From Eledone cirrhosa (Eukaryota): a stretch of 64,000 nucleotides of DNA. The notes under the pieces are model-generated. The model was not told the DNA's origin, did no database searches, and worked only from the letters and a program-made list of their open reading frames with translations. The translations under genes and the position numbers were made by a program. This document shows positions 1 through 14,743 of this stretch, piece after piece; position 1 is the stretch's first letter; each line of letters begins with the position of its first letter. The stretch lies in assembly GCA_964016885.1 (NCBI GenBank), contig OZ024746.1, positions 28,954,001-29,018,000 on the forward strand. Reading direction: 5' to 3'.

Positions 1-326
1 AGAGTTAGTACCAGGAAAGCAATCGATTCTGAAATGTTGCCCCAAAGAAGTTGTCATAAGACTAACAGCCCTTAAAACGCTTTATGTATTTATGCGAATG
101 TACCCATCATGTGGTCCACAAAACTATCCTTTGTTTTAGCAAAGAACATGGTTTTAAAACGCTTGATGTTGTAAATTTGCTCCACATAATTATATCATTA
201 AATAATTCCCCGTTTTCTGGGTTTCATTCTGTCTTATACGATGAACCTTCTACTTTATGGTCAAGCTATTGATAATTAGTAACAAGTTTCGGATTTGATA
301 TTCTATTTAAACAGAAATCCACAAAT

Positions 327-601
327 GGGGTTCCTTCGAAGGGTCTTTGGAGTAACGTTACTCGATAGAATGCGTTACTCAGAGAGTCACTTTAGGCCGA
401 GCCGCTACTTCTCCGAATTGAGAGATGTGGTCAGAATGTCTCAAGAAAGAATCGCTGGACAGAATTTACGGGAAAAACCAAGCGACAGGAGATTCAGCCG
501 GATGAATTGGAGACGGTTGCTTCTAACAGGACCCGCTGGAAGGAGTGTTTCAGGTCTGTGCCCCAAAAACTCTCCCAGGAATAAGTGGGCGAGGAAGAAG
601 A
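327..601 (+). mobile_element. 5'-truncated RTE-clade LINE 3' fragment with target-site duplication
   Basis: Translates to MGFLRRVFGVTLLDRMR...VVRMSQERIA, resembling RTE ORF C-termini. Ends in a (GAA)n tail. Flanked by AGAAATCCA(C/T)AAAT at 313-326 and 602-615. Confidence 0.65.
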
Positions 602-1624
602 AGAAATCCATAAATTTATGTACGACTTTAAATGCCTTTATTAAAGGTATTGAAGTAGCCTAAGTGACATACCAGCAATATATAGATAGACATGCTGCTG
701 CTGTTAAGAAGTTGATAAAATGGGAGGAAAATATGATAGTTCTAAAAATCTGATCAATATTCATGTCTCTGACAGCGATTGATGTGTTGTTGTCTCGATT
801 TTAATAGTGCGCTTCTCTCTAGATAATATCTGTCTTGTTGTAAATATCACTTTTTAAGTGAATCGACTTTAACACGACCTGACATTTCGTCAATAATAAA
901 GACATCGGTGAAACATTCCAGAACCACTCACCATTTTGCCGTGACAAATTCCATTAGAGAAATATTTCGATTGCTTGTCTTCGTAAATTCTTCCTAAAAA
1001 AACAACCGTGTTAATCTTTAGAAGCTTTAGTTCTCACTATATTGTTTGACATTCCTCATTTTTATTACATATTTCTTGCATTGATCAGTTTTCAATGATG
1101 GATACCTTTCTTGAAAAAACGATTTTATCACCTTGTTAAGGGCAACAGAGATAGCGTATTCTCTTTAGTATTGTAGTTATCACTGTTGCTGTCATTGTGT
1201 TTGTTATTGTTATTGTTGTTGTTTTCTTTGTATCGTTGTGTATTTGCTTTAGGTTATTTTTTTATATAATTGAATTTACCAACATTAAGAAGAAATTTAA
1301 TCGATGATGTCATGTTTTATGGATTAAGTATCGAATATACCATGATGGGTGAATGGCTGAACTGATGGAACATTGTAGAAAATATCTTGGGGAATTTGAA
1401 GTTACAACCCTTTGGTATTTGGCAGGTCAACCTTACGAATTCTGTTCTAGTCTATTCTATAAACGGTTACGTAGACGAAACACAGTTATAGACATTAACT
1501 TATGTTTATCTGTGTACACACAGAACAATATTTATTTAAAGTTTCAAATTAAAGATATACTTACATAGACTTTACGTACGGTGTGCAAATATACGCAGTG
1601 TTGTGCTTAAATATACATTACACC

Positions 1625-4360
<2,736 letters not shown>

Positions 4361-4591
4361 ATACTGGGTTATTGGAGGTGTAGTTGGTGTTATTGTTGTG
4401 TATTTGTTTATATTTTTATTCTCAATACTATTCCTGTTTCAATGTATTCTTAAATGGAATTTTAACATGTTGTATTATGTGAAAGTTATGTTTCTTTGTT
4501 AGAATAGAAAATTTTGAAAAACCGAATCAGCTTATGAATTCAATACACTGTGGTTTGTTTAAAATTTCACAATAGCAACTAATAAAATAGG

Positions 4592-4624
<33 letters not shown>

Positions 4625-4702
4625 GATTGCCAAAATTTAAACACAGTACCTACCATCAACTGCTACATAATATATATAAATATATATATATATATATAGT
4701 AT

Positions 4703-4800
4703 TAAGGGTACTATTATGGTTATGTATGCAATAAAAGGGTACTAATTATGGTTATGTATGCAATAAAAGGGTACTATTTATGGTTATGTATGCAATAAAA
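4703..4800. repeat. ~32-bp tandem repeat x3
   Basis: AAGGGTACTA(A/T)TTATGGTTATGTATGCAATAA repeated three times. Confidence 0.85.
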
Positions 4801-4884
4801 CCTTTGATGGTGATATATTATATATACACAAACCCTAAATAGTGAGAGATAGTACTGTAATCTCTCTCTCTATATATATATATA

Positions 4885-5158
<274 letters not shown>

Positions 5159-5177
5159 ATATATATATAAAAATATA

Positions 5178-5533
5178 TGTAGAAGTTCTATTTAAATTGT
5201 TGGGATACCACAGGCAAATATTTTTATAACTGATATAAAGCACTCAGCAAATTATTGGAGTAAAAATACGATATATTAACAAATGGAAACTATATTTATA
5301 AAACCATATTTATTTCATTATACATATTGGTCGCATTCTTTAAGGGTATGGCAATATTTATTATACATATTGGTCGCATTTTTAAGGGTATGTCAATATT
5401 TATTTATAAAACTGATCTATATTATATTTTATCTGATGAAACCACACCATAATTTAACTTCGTGTCCTTGAAATATGTATAATGAAATAAATATGGTTTT
5501 ATAAATATAGTTTCCATTTGTTAATATATCGTA
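5178..5533 (+). mobile_element. Family A HHR-bearing fold-back element, copy 1
   Basis: Inverted arms 5267-5328/5472-5533. Head segment shared with the copies at 22818 and 46878. Flanked by TA-rich repeats. Confidence 0.8.
5426..5488 (+). ncRNA. Type I hammerhead ribozyme (family A)
   Basis: ATTTTAT-CTGATGA(5433-5439)-degenerate stem II-GAAA(5470)-TATGTA-TA|ATGAAAT. Confidence 0.65.
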
Positions 5534-5727
5534 TATAAATATATATATTTATATAGATATATAGAGAGAGAGGGAGAGGGAGAGGGAGGGAAGGTAAGAG
5601 AGAGAAACAAAGATTGGGATAGACCATTTTCAGCTAAGTATTCGATACTTCGGAAAGTAGAGTCTATGTATAGTGAAAATGTATTACCCGACGGCTGAGC
5701 TCGCTATATATATATATATATATATAT

Positions 5728-6051
5728 AAAGGTTAAAATACTGGAGCGTGTTGGAGTTAAACACCCTCTTCGTATTATAGAAATGACAGTAAAAGGATAT
5801 AGCTCAATGTAGTTAAACAGAGCCGAAAAATTAAGAGAGTAAAACAAAGAAGCCTTCAATACATCAAAAGTCTTTATTAGCCGACAATGTTTCGTCCTAT
5901 TAAGGACTCATCAGGGCAATTCAAACAACAAGAAGTATCTGCCGTTATTACTTCTTGTTGTTTGAATTGCCCTGATGAGTCCTTAATAGGACGAAACATT
6001 GTCGGCTAATAAAGACTTTTGATGTATTGAAGGCTTCTTTGTTTTACTCTC

Positions 6052-6056
<5 letters not shown>
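5728..6056 (+). mobile_element. Family B HHR-bearing fold-back element
   Basis: 108-bp inverted arms 5830-5937/5949-6056, an 11-nt spacer, a ~100-bp unpaired tail on the left, and (TA)n on both sides. Confidence 0.85.
5969..6006 (+). ncRNA. Canonical minimal hammerhead ribozyme (mirror copy on minus strand at 5880-5917)
   Basis: GCC-CTGATGA-GTCC ttaata GGAC-GAAAC-att-GTC|GGC. All core nucleotides are intact; predicted cleavage after GUC at 6003. Confidence 0.9.
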
Positions 6057-6089
<33 letters not shown>

Positions 6090-6584
6090 TATCGGTGTGG
6101 AGGACGTATCTTCTATCTCTCTCAAAAAACGGGTTGCCATGTTTTCTACTCTCCGCCAATAGCACCATCATCTCAACTCACACATCTGCTGTTATATATT
6201 ATATTTCTGTAAGCAATAAACAGTTATATATATACATAGATGAGATGTTGCTAATTAAGACCAATATAACTATTATTCAAATTGTATCCTATTCTTTAGA
6301 AATACAGATTCTCTGCTCTGGTTGATCTGCTATTATTTCGGTAGCAAATTGTGAAATATATTTCTTTGATTCAATTTGGTTTGAATCTATGTCCTCAGGG
6401 GTGCGGCGTGTACATTAGCAGTGGTTGATTTAGTGATAAAATTAATTTAGATCTAAGGTAAAAGAGAAGAAATTTTGATCAATATTATAATTACCAGTAA
6501 ATAGATGGGAAGAATGAAATTGTATTGAGAGCCAGAGGGTCGTTAATTAGTGTGGTTTGATCATCTAAATATTTGTTGTAGATA

Positions 6585-6835
6585 AAATACCACGAGAATC
6601 TCGCATTATATATGCGAAAAAGTTATACCTATCAAGTTGTAGTTGAGTATCCTGACCAAGGCCAAGTTAAACATCAAGGGTTGCCATCCACACAACCTCT
6701 GCTCCGAGGAGACTATAAACATATTGTTTGGTACTGAAACACTACTCAACAGAAACAATAAACTCGTTACATCGTGTAGACACAGGATACATAAAACATA
6801 CTTCAAACTGAAAACTGAGGCGCGAATCTGGAAGC
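6585..6835 (+). pseudogene. Decayed Penelope-like element ORF C-terminus (GIY-YIG endonuclease region)
   Basis: SILTKAK...HNLCSEETINIL...TLLNRNNKLVTSCRHR resembles the PLE C-terminal pattern WSIL..A....CNLCL.EK..I....LLNKRSEL.SKCRH (recalled, not searched). Confidence 0.55.
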
Positions 6836-7489
6836 ATTTCTGAATTGGTGGTGGTGGTGGTGGTGGTGGTGGTGGTGGTGGTGGTGGTGGTGGTGGTGGC
6901 GGGGGTTTTGAAAATATAATTGTAGTGATTAGTTTAGCTCTTTGCACTTCTACATTGGTCAGAAAACTTCGATATGCGATAAAGATAACATGTACATAAA
7001 ATTTAGCGCATATCGAAATAGATGTGTGTTTTGGTAAATAGGGGAGAAAATATCATTATTGGAGCGGGGGCATGCCTCCTGCCTCAGTTCCACTGCCACT
7101 GTATATATATATAATTGAACAAAAATTATGGTCTGTGCCCTTTCCTAGGGGGTTAATATATCGAGCTTCTCGCATCTGCTATTGTATCCAATTTATTCTT
7201 AAATAGAGGAGCTTTGTTACTCTAAAGTTTCACCTGCACACTCATAGGAAAACCAATCAATAATTCGCGTACTCTCAGGTCTTGAATAATCGTGCCAACA
7301 TCGGCTTATTAATTGGTCAGATTTTTTCCACACCACCACCACCCGGTTTTTATTCCACACCAGCCCCCACTCGCCTATTAAATGTTGCTACTCTATCTCC
7401 GGCGAAATTTTATAGTAAGTGATTCATATTGATACAGCAGCTGGAGAATCTAATAGTAATTATATTTTATATTACAAAAAACATTATAC

Positions 7490-7992
7490 AACACTGTCTC
7501 TCTTTCCCTCTCACTCTATTGATCACTACCATACTCTCACTTTCTCTATATCTACCAATACATATCTCTATCAAACCTCTCACTCTATTCATTACCACCA
7601 AGCTCTCCCCCTCACTACATCAACCATACATCATACTCTACTAACACCCCCTCACTATATCATTTACTACCAAACTCTCACTCTCTCTATATCTACCATA
7701 CAACATTCTCTCCCAATCCCCCTCTATATATCACCAAACTCTCACCTTCTCTATATCATACAACACTCTCTCTCATTTCCTCTCACTCTATCCATCACAA
7801 GCAAACTCTCCTCCTCTCCAAATCTATCAATACCTGTCTCTATCAGTCCTCTCCACCAAACTCTCCCCCTCACTACATCAACCATACAACATACTCTCCC
7901 AATACCCCTCTCTATATCAATTAACATCAAACTCTCCCCTCATTATATCTACTACACGGAACTCTCTTCCAGTCCCCCTCTCTATATCAATT
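7490..7992. repeat. Degenerate C/T/A-rich tandem repeat, continuing at 13661-13830 beyond the LINE
   Basis: Recurrent CAAACTCTCCCCT...CTATATC...ACCATACAACA units on both sides of the LINE. Confidence 0.7.
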
Positions 7993-8194
7993 ACCACTTG
8001 ATATAGACGTGATTTACTTTGCTCCGGATTTTTGCGGATTGTTGTAAAAAAGAACTGTGAGTTTATTGATCAATTTAATAACATTGTTTGGTTTAGCCCC
8101 TTGCCCTGGCCGTCAGACGTTAAGTCAACAAATTTTCGCCCCTTTCTGGGGCGAAATTTTCAATTTTCATCTAAAAACTGTAGACTTGGTGGCA

Positions 8195-9283
8195 ATGGAT
8201 GCCATTTCCACCTCGCACACTGTCGTGAGTGCCACGCCCACTAAGAAAAGTGGTGGAGGGAAGGTAGGAGTACAAAGCTTGCAGCCGTCCCCCCTCGCAT
8301 CATCGAAAAACGTGGAAAATATCGAAACCGCGAAACCAAATCCGGCAAATAATACCAGCACCAACAACAAGAACAATGACAACAACACCACAACCAACAA
8401 CTGCAACAATAGCAACACCAATATTACCAACAGTGATAGTAACACGAAAGACAACAACACCAAACCAACATTTGCACAGACCGTAAAAAAAAACGAACTA
8501 TACACGCCAATAGACATAACAAATGCTAAACAACTATTACAAGACGCAAAACAATTCGTGACTTTTGGCGAAAACGGTGCTTTTAGCATTAATTCTCCAC
8601 AGGAATTACGTAGAGAGGCTGTTCTGAAAACTGTGGTTTTCAGGACAATATCGAACGTAACAAGAAAACCAGCTCAATTATCATAAAATGAAATTGAGCT
8701 GGTTCTAAAAGACGCAATGAAGGACTTATCCTTCATATAAAAAGGTAAACTGTTTGGTAGCATTTCGGTGCTGATGAACAACCAGTCAACAGCTCAAAAG
8801 TACTCGATAGCACCCATTGTGTCCCCCCACTTCACCTTTTACCCCACATACAGGGAGAAAAGGACACAAAGAATAAAAATAATGAGTATCACACCAAATG
8901 TAAACATTTGGTGGATACTATGTGGAATAATAAACTTTGACGAAGACAAGATAATTTCAATAGGAAAGTCCTCCGGGGGTGTATTTGGTGGGACCACCGT
9001 AGAAGTTCTGGTGCAAATGAGCCCAGAACGAATAGCGAATATCCCACTACGCGTGCCTCTGGACGGGCTAACTTATATAAACACTTCAGTGGAGGGAAGG
9101 CGGCCGTCATGTTACCACTGCTTAAGCAGGGGTCACCTGGGGGCTGCCTGTCCTCAAATAACGAGTCAAAAAAAAAAAGGCTCTTCTGCCAACCCCGAAC
9201 ACAACAACACAACCACCACCACCACAACAACACGGAAAAATAACAACACAAAACACTGTTCCACCCAACCCATCCCCACCTAA
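8195..9283 (+). pseudogene. Tx1-like ORF1 (gag-like, CCHC zinc knuckle), interrupted by stops
   Basis: PTFAQTVK motif; VEGRRPSCYHCLSRGHLGAAC (CX2CX4HX4C at 9110-9151); in-frame TAA at 8684-8686. Start is approximate. Confidence 0.8.
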
Positions 9284-9978
9284 AACAAATACAAAAGCAA
9301 CCACAACAAAACCCCAAAATATACCCCTCCCCAACAACACGGAAGAGGACTCCGTATCAACGTCACCCAGTGACGACGAGGGAGAACCCTTTCAACAGGT
9401 GAAAAGGAAAAAAAAATGCACCACATTAACAAAAATGCCACAAACACACAACCACCAGCACAAACAGAACAAACATTACAAATAAAAAAACCCACCCCTC
9501 CCCAAAACATAACACGTACTATAAAACGCAAACACCCGCAAGAACAACAAACAAAAACAAACACAACACAACAAAAACTCTATACATACATTAACAAGAA
9601 CAATAAAACGTTGATGAAAGCGATAGAAAATAACCCTTCGGTGGAAACCGAAGGGATCACTTTCACCTACGTAGCGAACAAACCGCACCTAATGATGAAA
9701 CCTATGTAACTTTGAAAAAGAACCATCCAATGCATGTGGGGACCAACTGCACCAAACCACATAACAGCGTCCTATTGAGATGTTTCCCCACACCAGACAC
9801 CCACACCCCACCAAACACCTTAATCCCACCACACACTGATGTCCTCACCCCACCACAAACCACCACCCCACCAAACAACCCTTCCAACACCCCCATGGAA
9901 ATTGTGCAGCCTGGTCCCCAGGAGACGAAGAAGTAAGTAATTTCCTTTCCTCTTCCTTTTTACCTCTTCAGCACCAAC

Positions 9979-12900
9979 ATGACCAATATAAGAGTTGGAT
10001 GTGTGAATGCACGCGGCTTGGGGATGTCCTGGAAACAGGGCAAACTCTTAAATGACCTCAGGTCGCACAGAATGGATGTAATGGTTATTTGCGAGTCCAG
10101 GATCAGCAGCGAGCGCCAACTGGCCCCCATCTTCGACGACTTTGAGATCTAGCATTTCTCTGTCTGCCGAGGGGTGGGGGTGGGGTTGTCGTTCTGCTGC
10201 TAAAATACCTGGGTCTTGCCACACAGAAGGTACACCTGGACCCGGGGGGTCGACTGGTGGTTTTAGACGTCGGCAGTGGTGAAGGTGGAGCTTTCAGGCT
10301 GGTGGCAGCGTATGCCCCATCGGGGACACCGCGACCGGACTTCTTCCGACGCCTGGAGAATTTCCTGGGAACGTCTCGCTCCTTGCTTTTAGTGGGGGAC
10401 TGAAATGGTATCCTGGATGCACGTTGGGACTATGTAGGGGCATGTTCCGATAGAGGGGGGTGTAACAGCCTCAAACGATTAATCGGCCGATTTGATCTGG
10501 CCGATAGATATCGACTGGATTTTCCGACTGTGCCACGGTGGACGTGGAGTAATCGCAGCGGAACATCCAGGTCGTACCTAGATAGGTTCCTAGTTAGAAA
10601 TAAGGATAGGGACATATTAAGCTGTCCACAAATGTTCATGGTTGACTATTCGGATCACAAGTTGTTGACCGGAGTGGTCAACCTTGATAGAACTCATAGA
10701 CAGGGACCCGGTTACTGGAAGCTAAACTTGTCTTTACCGACAAACAAAGCTTACAGTAAGCGGATTAGCACACTAGTTAAGCGGCGTGTGACGGGGGCAA
10801 TTGTCAACAACAGGTGGTGGGGCTCTCTCAGGAGAGAAATTAGAATAGAATCGATAGGTTTTAGTCGGGAATTAGCATCAGATAGGAATAGAACTGAAAG
10901 GGAATTAACAAATAGAGTAGAAGTGGCGATTAGAGTGGCAACGTGGCCGGCGTGCTGGCGTCAAGAACGGCCCTAGACCAGTTCTTTGATGCGAAGCACG
11001 AGGGCTGCGTTGTCAGGAGTAAAATACGTGCTCTGGGTAACGAGGGAGCCAAAGCTGTTAGCTGGGCCCGAGTGACAGAGGCAAAAAGTGGAAACAAGTC
11101 CACGATTCGGTCTTTGAAGGACCAGGATGGACGCGTGATCCTTGAACCTGAGCGGATGAGCGCGGCCTTTCAACGGCGCTTTGCACGACTGTTCGGGAGG
11201 GGCGGCGGGCCGGATGGGGCCATGGATTTCGGTCCATACCTCGACGGTCTGGCGCGGCTCTCGGACGGGGAGGCGAAGTCCTGCGAGAGGCCGATTTCAG
11301 TCGCTGAAATAGGGGAAGCGCTGAGCCAATGCGGCAAACGCAAATCTCCGGGTCTCGATGGTCTACCATACGAACTTTATGTAGCGATGCCGGGCTTGTT
11401 CTCCGGTCTCCTCGAGGCGGTCTACTGAAACTGGCAACAGAACGGGAGAATTCCCAGTTCTGTGACCAAGGGCGTAGTCACGCTGGTGAGGAAGGACGAG
11501 AACAAGGGGGATGACATAGATAACTTCAGGCCCATAACTCTGCTAAACACAGAGTTAAAGATTTTGGCCAAGGTGTTAGCGAAGAGGTTGGCGCTTGTCG
11601 TCGGGAACCTGGTGGTAGAAGCGCAGACATGCGCAATCCCGTCCAGGTCCATACACGACAACCTCCACCTCATGCGAAACATCGTAGAGAGGGTAGGGAA
11701 CGAACCCGGCTTTGGTGGGGCCCTGATCAACTTGGATCAATCTAAAGCGTTCGATATGGTTGACCATCGGTACCTGGATGCGGTGCTCGCGGCGGCAGGC
11801 TTCGGACCCGTTTTCAGGGGCTGGATTGCTGCAATGCACAGCAGCAACACCAGCTCGAGGGTCAAGGTGAACGGCTACATTTCGGAGCCGTTCCAAATCA
11901 CGCGATCCATTCGACAGGGATGCCCTCTCTCCTCCCTCCTGTATGTGCTGGCTCTCGAGCCACTACTGAGGAAGCTGGAGCTGTTGCAGGGCATCCCCTT
12001 GGAACCGGGATTGCGGAAATCGGTGTCGACCTACGCCGATGACGTGACAGTGTTGGTGTCGTTCGCCTCGGAAATCGGGCAGATCGGCACCTTACTGGAG
12101 GAATATGAAAGGTTCACAGGAGCCAAGCTGAACCGGGACAAGTCCGTCGGTTTGCAACTCGGGACGTGGGGGGGGGGGGCAAAACGATGCCCTCCGACGG
12201 CGTCGTCGGACGCTGGACGGAGGGACCGGTGAAGCTGCTCGGGGTCTGGTTCGGACCGGACCTCCAGGTGGAGAAAAACTGGGACGAGGTAACGGGCAAG
12301 GTGTTTGCAGTCGCCCAGAAATGGGCCGAGTGCAAACTATCCCTGAAAGGTCGAGCGGAGGTGGAGAACGCTTATATAGCGTCCGTCATCTACTACCGCT
12401 TGACCGTCGTACCTTGCCCAGAGAAAACATCGCCAAAATGGAGCACGCGCTCTTCCGATTTCTTTGGAAGAAGTGGGCTCCTTTGGTGAGAAGATCCATC
12501 TGCTGTCAACACCCTTCGAACGGAGGGCTGGGGATGCCGTGGCTGACGATGCGTAGACACGCATTAAGGCTACGGCACCTCCAGGTATTCCTCATCGGTC
12601 AGTCGGTGTGGGCCCTGTTTGTGAGGCGAGCCTTTCCGAGACTCGTCTCACTCACCGAGCTGCAATCCTGGGTCAAGCAAAGACCGAGAAAAGTGGGCGA
12701 CTGGCACATTGAATGTGCCCAGGCGCTCACGGCCCTCTGGCATGCGGATCCGGCAATCAGTGGAGACTCAACCTCAACATTCTATAGAGGGTTGGTGCGC
12801 AGTAAGTGCGACGACGCTCTCGAAGAGGCTCTGGGCATGGAGGAAGATGAGCTGGCCAGTCTGTTCGGTAGGACGTTTGGCCCGGGACCGATGGACAAAT

Positions 12901-13417
12901 TTCAAAAGTCCCTGGCTTGGCAATGTTACCGAGGAGCTCTACCCGTTCGGGACAAGCTCTACAGACACGGCCGCCCGGGTAGGGACCCCTGGAAGAAGAT
13001 CTGTCCAAGATGCGTGCGTGACGAGGAAACCGTCGCACACGCATTCGTACACTGCCCGGGCGTTGCTGACCTGTGGGGCTATGTAGAACGACTACTGTCG
13101 CGGGTGGGACCAATCCGGTTGACCACCGAGAACATTGTCACAATCAAACCGCCTCCCCTTTCAAAAACGAAGGAGAGGCGGTTTTCCTCTGTGTAATAGC
13201 CATGGCGAAAGAAGTTGTATGGTGGACAAGGTTGAAAGGGCTGAGGTCAGACACCTATCTCTCCGGCCAACAACTGGTCTTTTTTTTCAAGTACCACTTT
13301 AGAAGAAGGATCAGAATGGAGAGAGAGGTGCTCTACCACAGCAATTTTTATGAAAGATGGGTGAAAGTAGCGAGAATGGCCCGAGTTAATGGGCCTTCTC
13401 TCTATATCAGCCTGTAG
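9979..13417 (+). pseudogene. Tx1-like ORF2 (AP endonuclease + reverse transcriptase + C-terminal Zn finger), with several stops and frameshifts
   Basis: MTNIRVGCVNARGL start; SYLDRFL and SDH; GPGYWKLN; KSPGLDGLP; NFRPITLLN; LDQSKAFD; RQGCPLS; YADD (12032-12043); CPRC..EETVAHAFVHC. Confidence 0.93.
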
Positions 13418-14335
13418 GTGAGAGAGGAGAAGAATGAGAAGAGGAAGGAAGCACCCGCTCTTTGTGCTCCTGAAGAGGAGGGTTGCACATTTTTTCGGGG
13501 GGGGGGGTGCGACCCATGTCAACGCCCCTCCCTATTGAGGACATCGATTGTTAAATTTAATTTGTTATATGTTTTTTACACGTCTTTTTAAATGTATGTA
13601 AACTCCCCCCTTTGTATTTGTCCCAATCTGTGATGCCCTGGTGGCAAATAAATAGAAATATATATCAATTGACACCAAACTGTTCCTCTCTGTATATCGA
13701 TCACCATCAATCTCTCCCTCTCTCTATATCTAATATACAACACACTCTCCCAACCTCCCTCTCTATATCAATTACCACCAAATGCTCCCCCTCTCTATAT
13801 CTATATCGATCTCTCCCATCTGTCTCTACATAACATGTACATAAATTGTAGCCCATATACAAATAGATGTGTGTTTTGGTAGTTTGGGGAGAAAATAATG
13901 ATTAGGTGTGGTGGGAACATGACCATCTGTCTACCACCACCCCTAGTTCCTCCACTCCTGAAGTATTACGCCCACCGAAACTACCATCACTCAGACTTGA
14001 AAACCAATAAGATAAAGTACAAGGCATACACTAGATGAGCATACCTAACACATATCTAATATGATAAATAACACTTGAGTGAGGACCCTCACAATCCCAC
14101 CCCAAAAATGACCCCTACAAGCTGGAAAGAAAGCAAACAAGCCTATAATTTAATTAACCCATAATTCTAAAACTATTCCATAATCAAACATACACATATT
14201 AAGGCAAATACACTGATATCATATAATGAGTAACCAACGATTACACCCCTCAGTAATGATAAGTTATACTCAAACTATCACCTATAATATAACCCAAATA
14301 ACCGTTAGTTAACAAACCCTCAAAATAACATTATT

Positions 14336-14743
14336 CCGCTATTGGCATTATCGGTAGGGCGTCAGACAGCATGCTTTGCAGCATAGAGTTACGGCCCTTT
14401 ACGTTCTGAGTTTAAATCCCGTCGAGGTTAGTTTTGCTTTTCATCCTTATTGGGTCGATAAAATAAAGTACCAGTAATGTACTAGTGTCGATTTAATCGA
14501 CTTTCCCTGTCCCCCAAAATTATTGGCTTTGTGCCTAAATCAGAAACCATTATTACAGCGGTGAATTGGCAGTATCGGTAAAGGGTCAGACATGCTTTCC
14601 AGCATAGTTACGTCCCTTAACGATCTGAGTTCAAATCCCGACGAGGTTAACTTTGCCTTTCATCCTTACGAGGTCGATAAAATAAAGTACCAGTAATGTA
14701 CTGGGTATTTGCTGGCCTTGTGCCAAAAGTAGAAACCATTATT
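14336..14743 (+). mobile_element. tRNA-derived SINE family 1, head-to-tail pair (14336-14554, 14556-14743)
   Basis: A-box-like TGGCAGTATCGG, B-box GAGTTCAAATCC, central GCCTTTCATCCTTACGGGGTCGATAAAATAAAGTACCAG (resembles the Meta/Sauria SINE core) and tail AGAAACCATTATT. Confidence 0.85.

Larger units (their letters stand above)
7993..13660 (+). mobile_element. Full-length, inactivated Tx1/L1-clade non-LTR retrotransposon
   Basis: ORF1 with a zinc knuckle, ORF2 with APE-RT-C-terminal Zn finger, AATAAA at 13647, and a candidate TSD TATATCAATT at 7983-7992/13661-13670. Confidence 0.92.

Noticed and set aside
7010-7102. Similarity to 13858-13960 as an LTR pair or TSD around the LINE
   Set aside because: The copies are diverged and not adjacent to the LINE ends; more likely two copies of an older dispersed repeat end.
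14336-14430. tRNA gene (A/B boxes)
   Set aside because: No cloverleaf; the boxes are the head of a multi-copy SINE.
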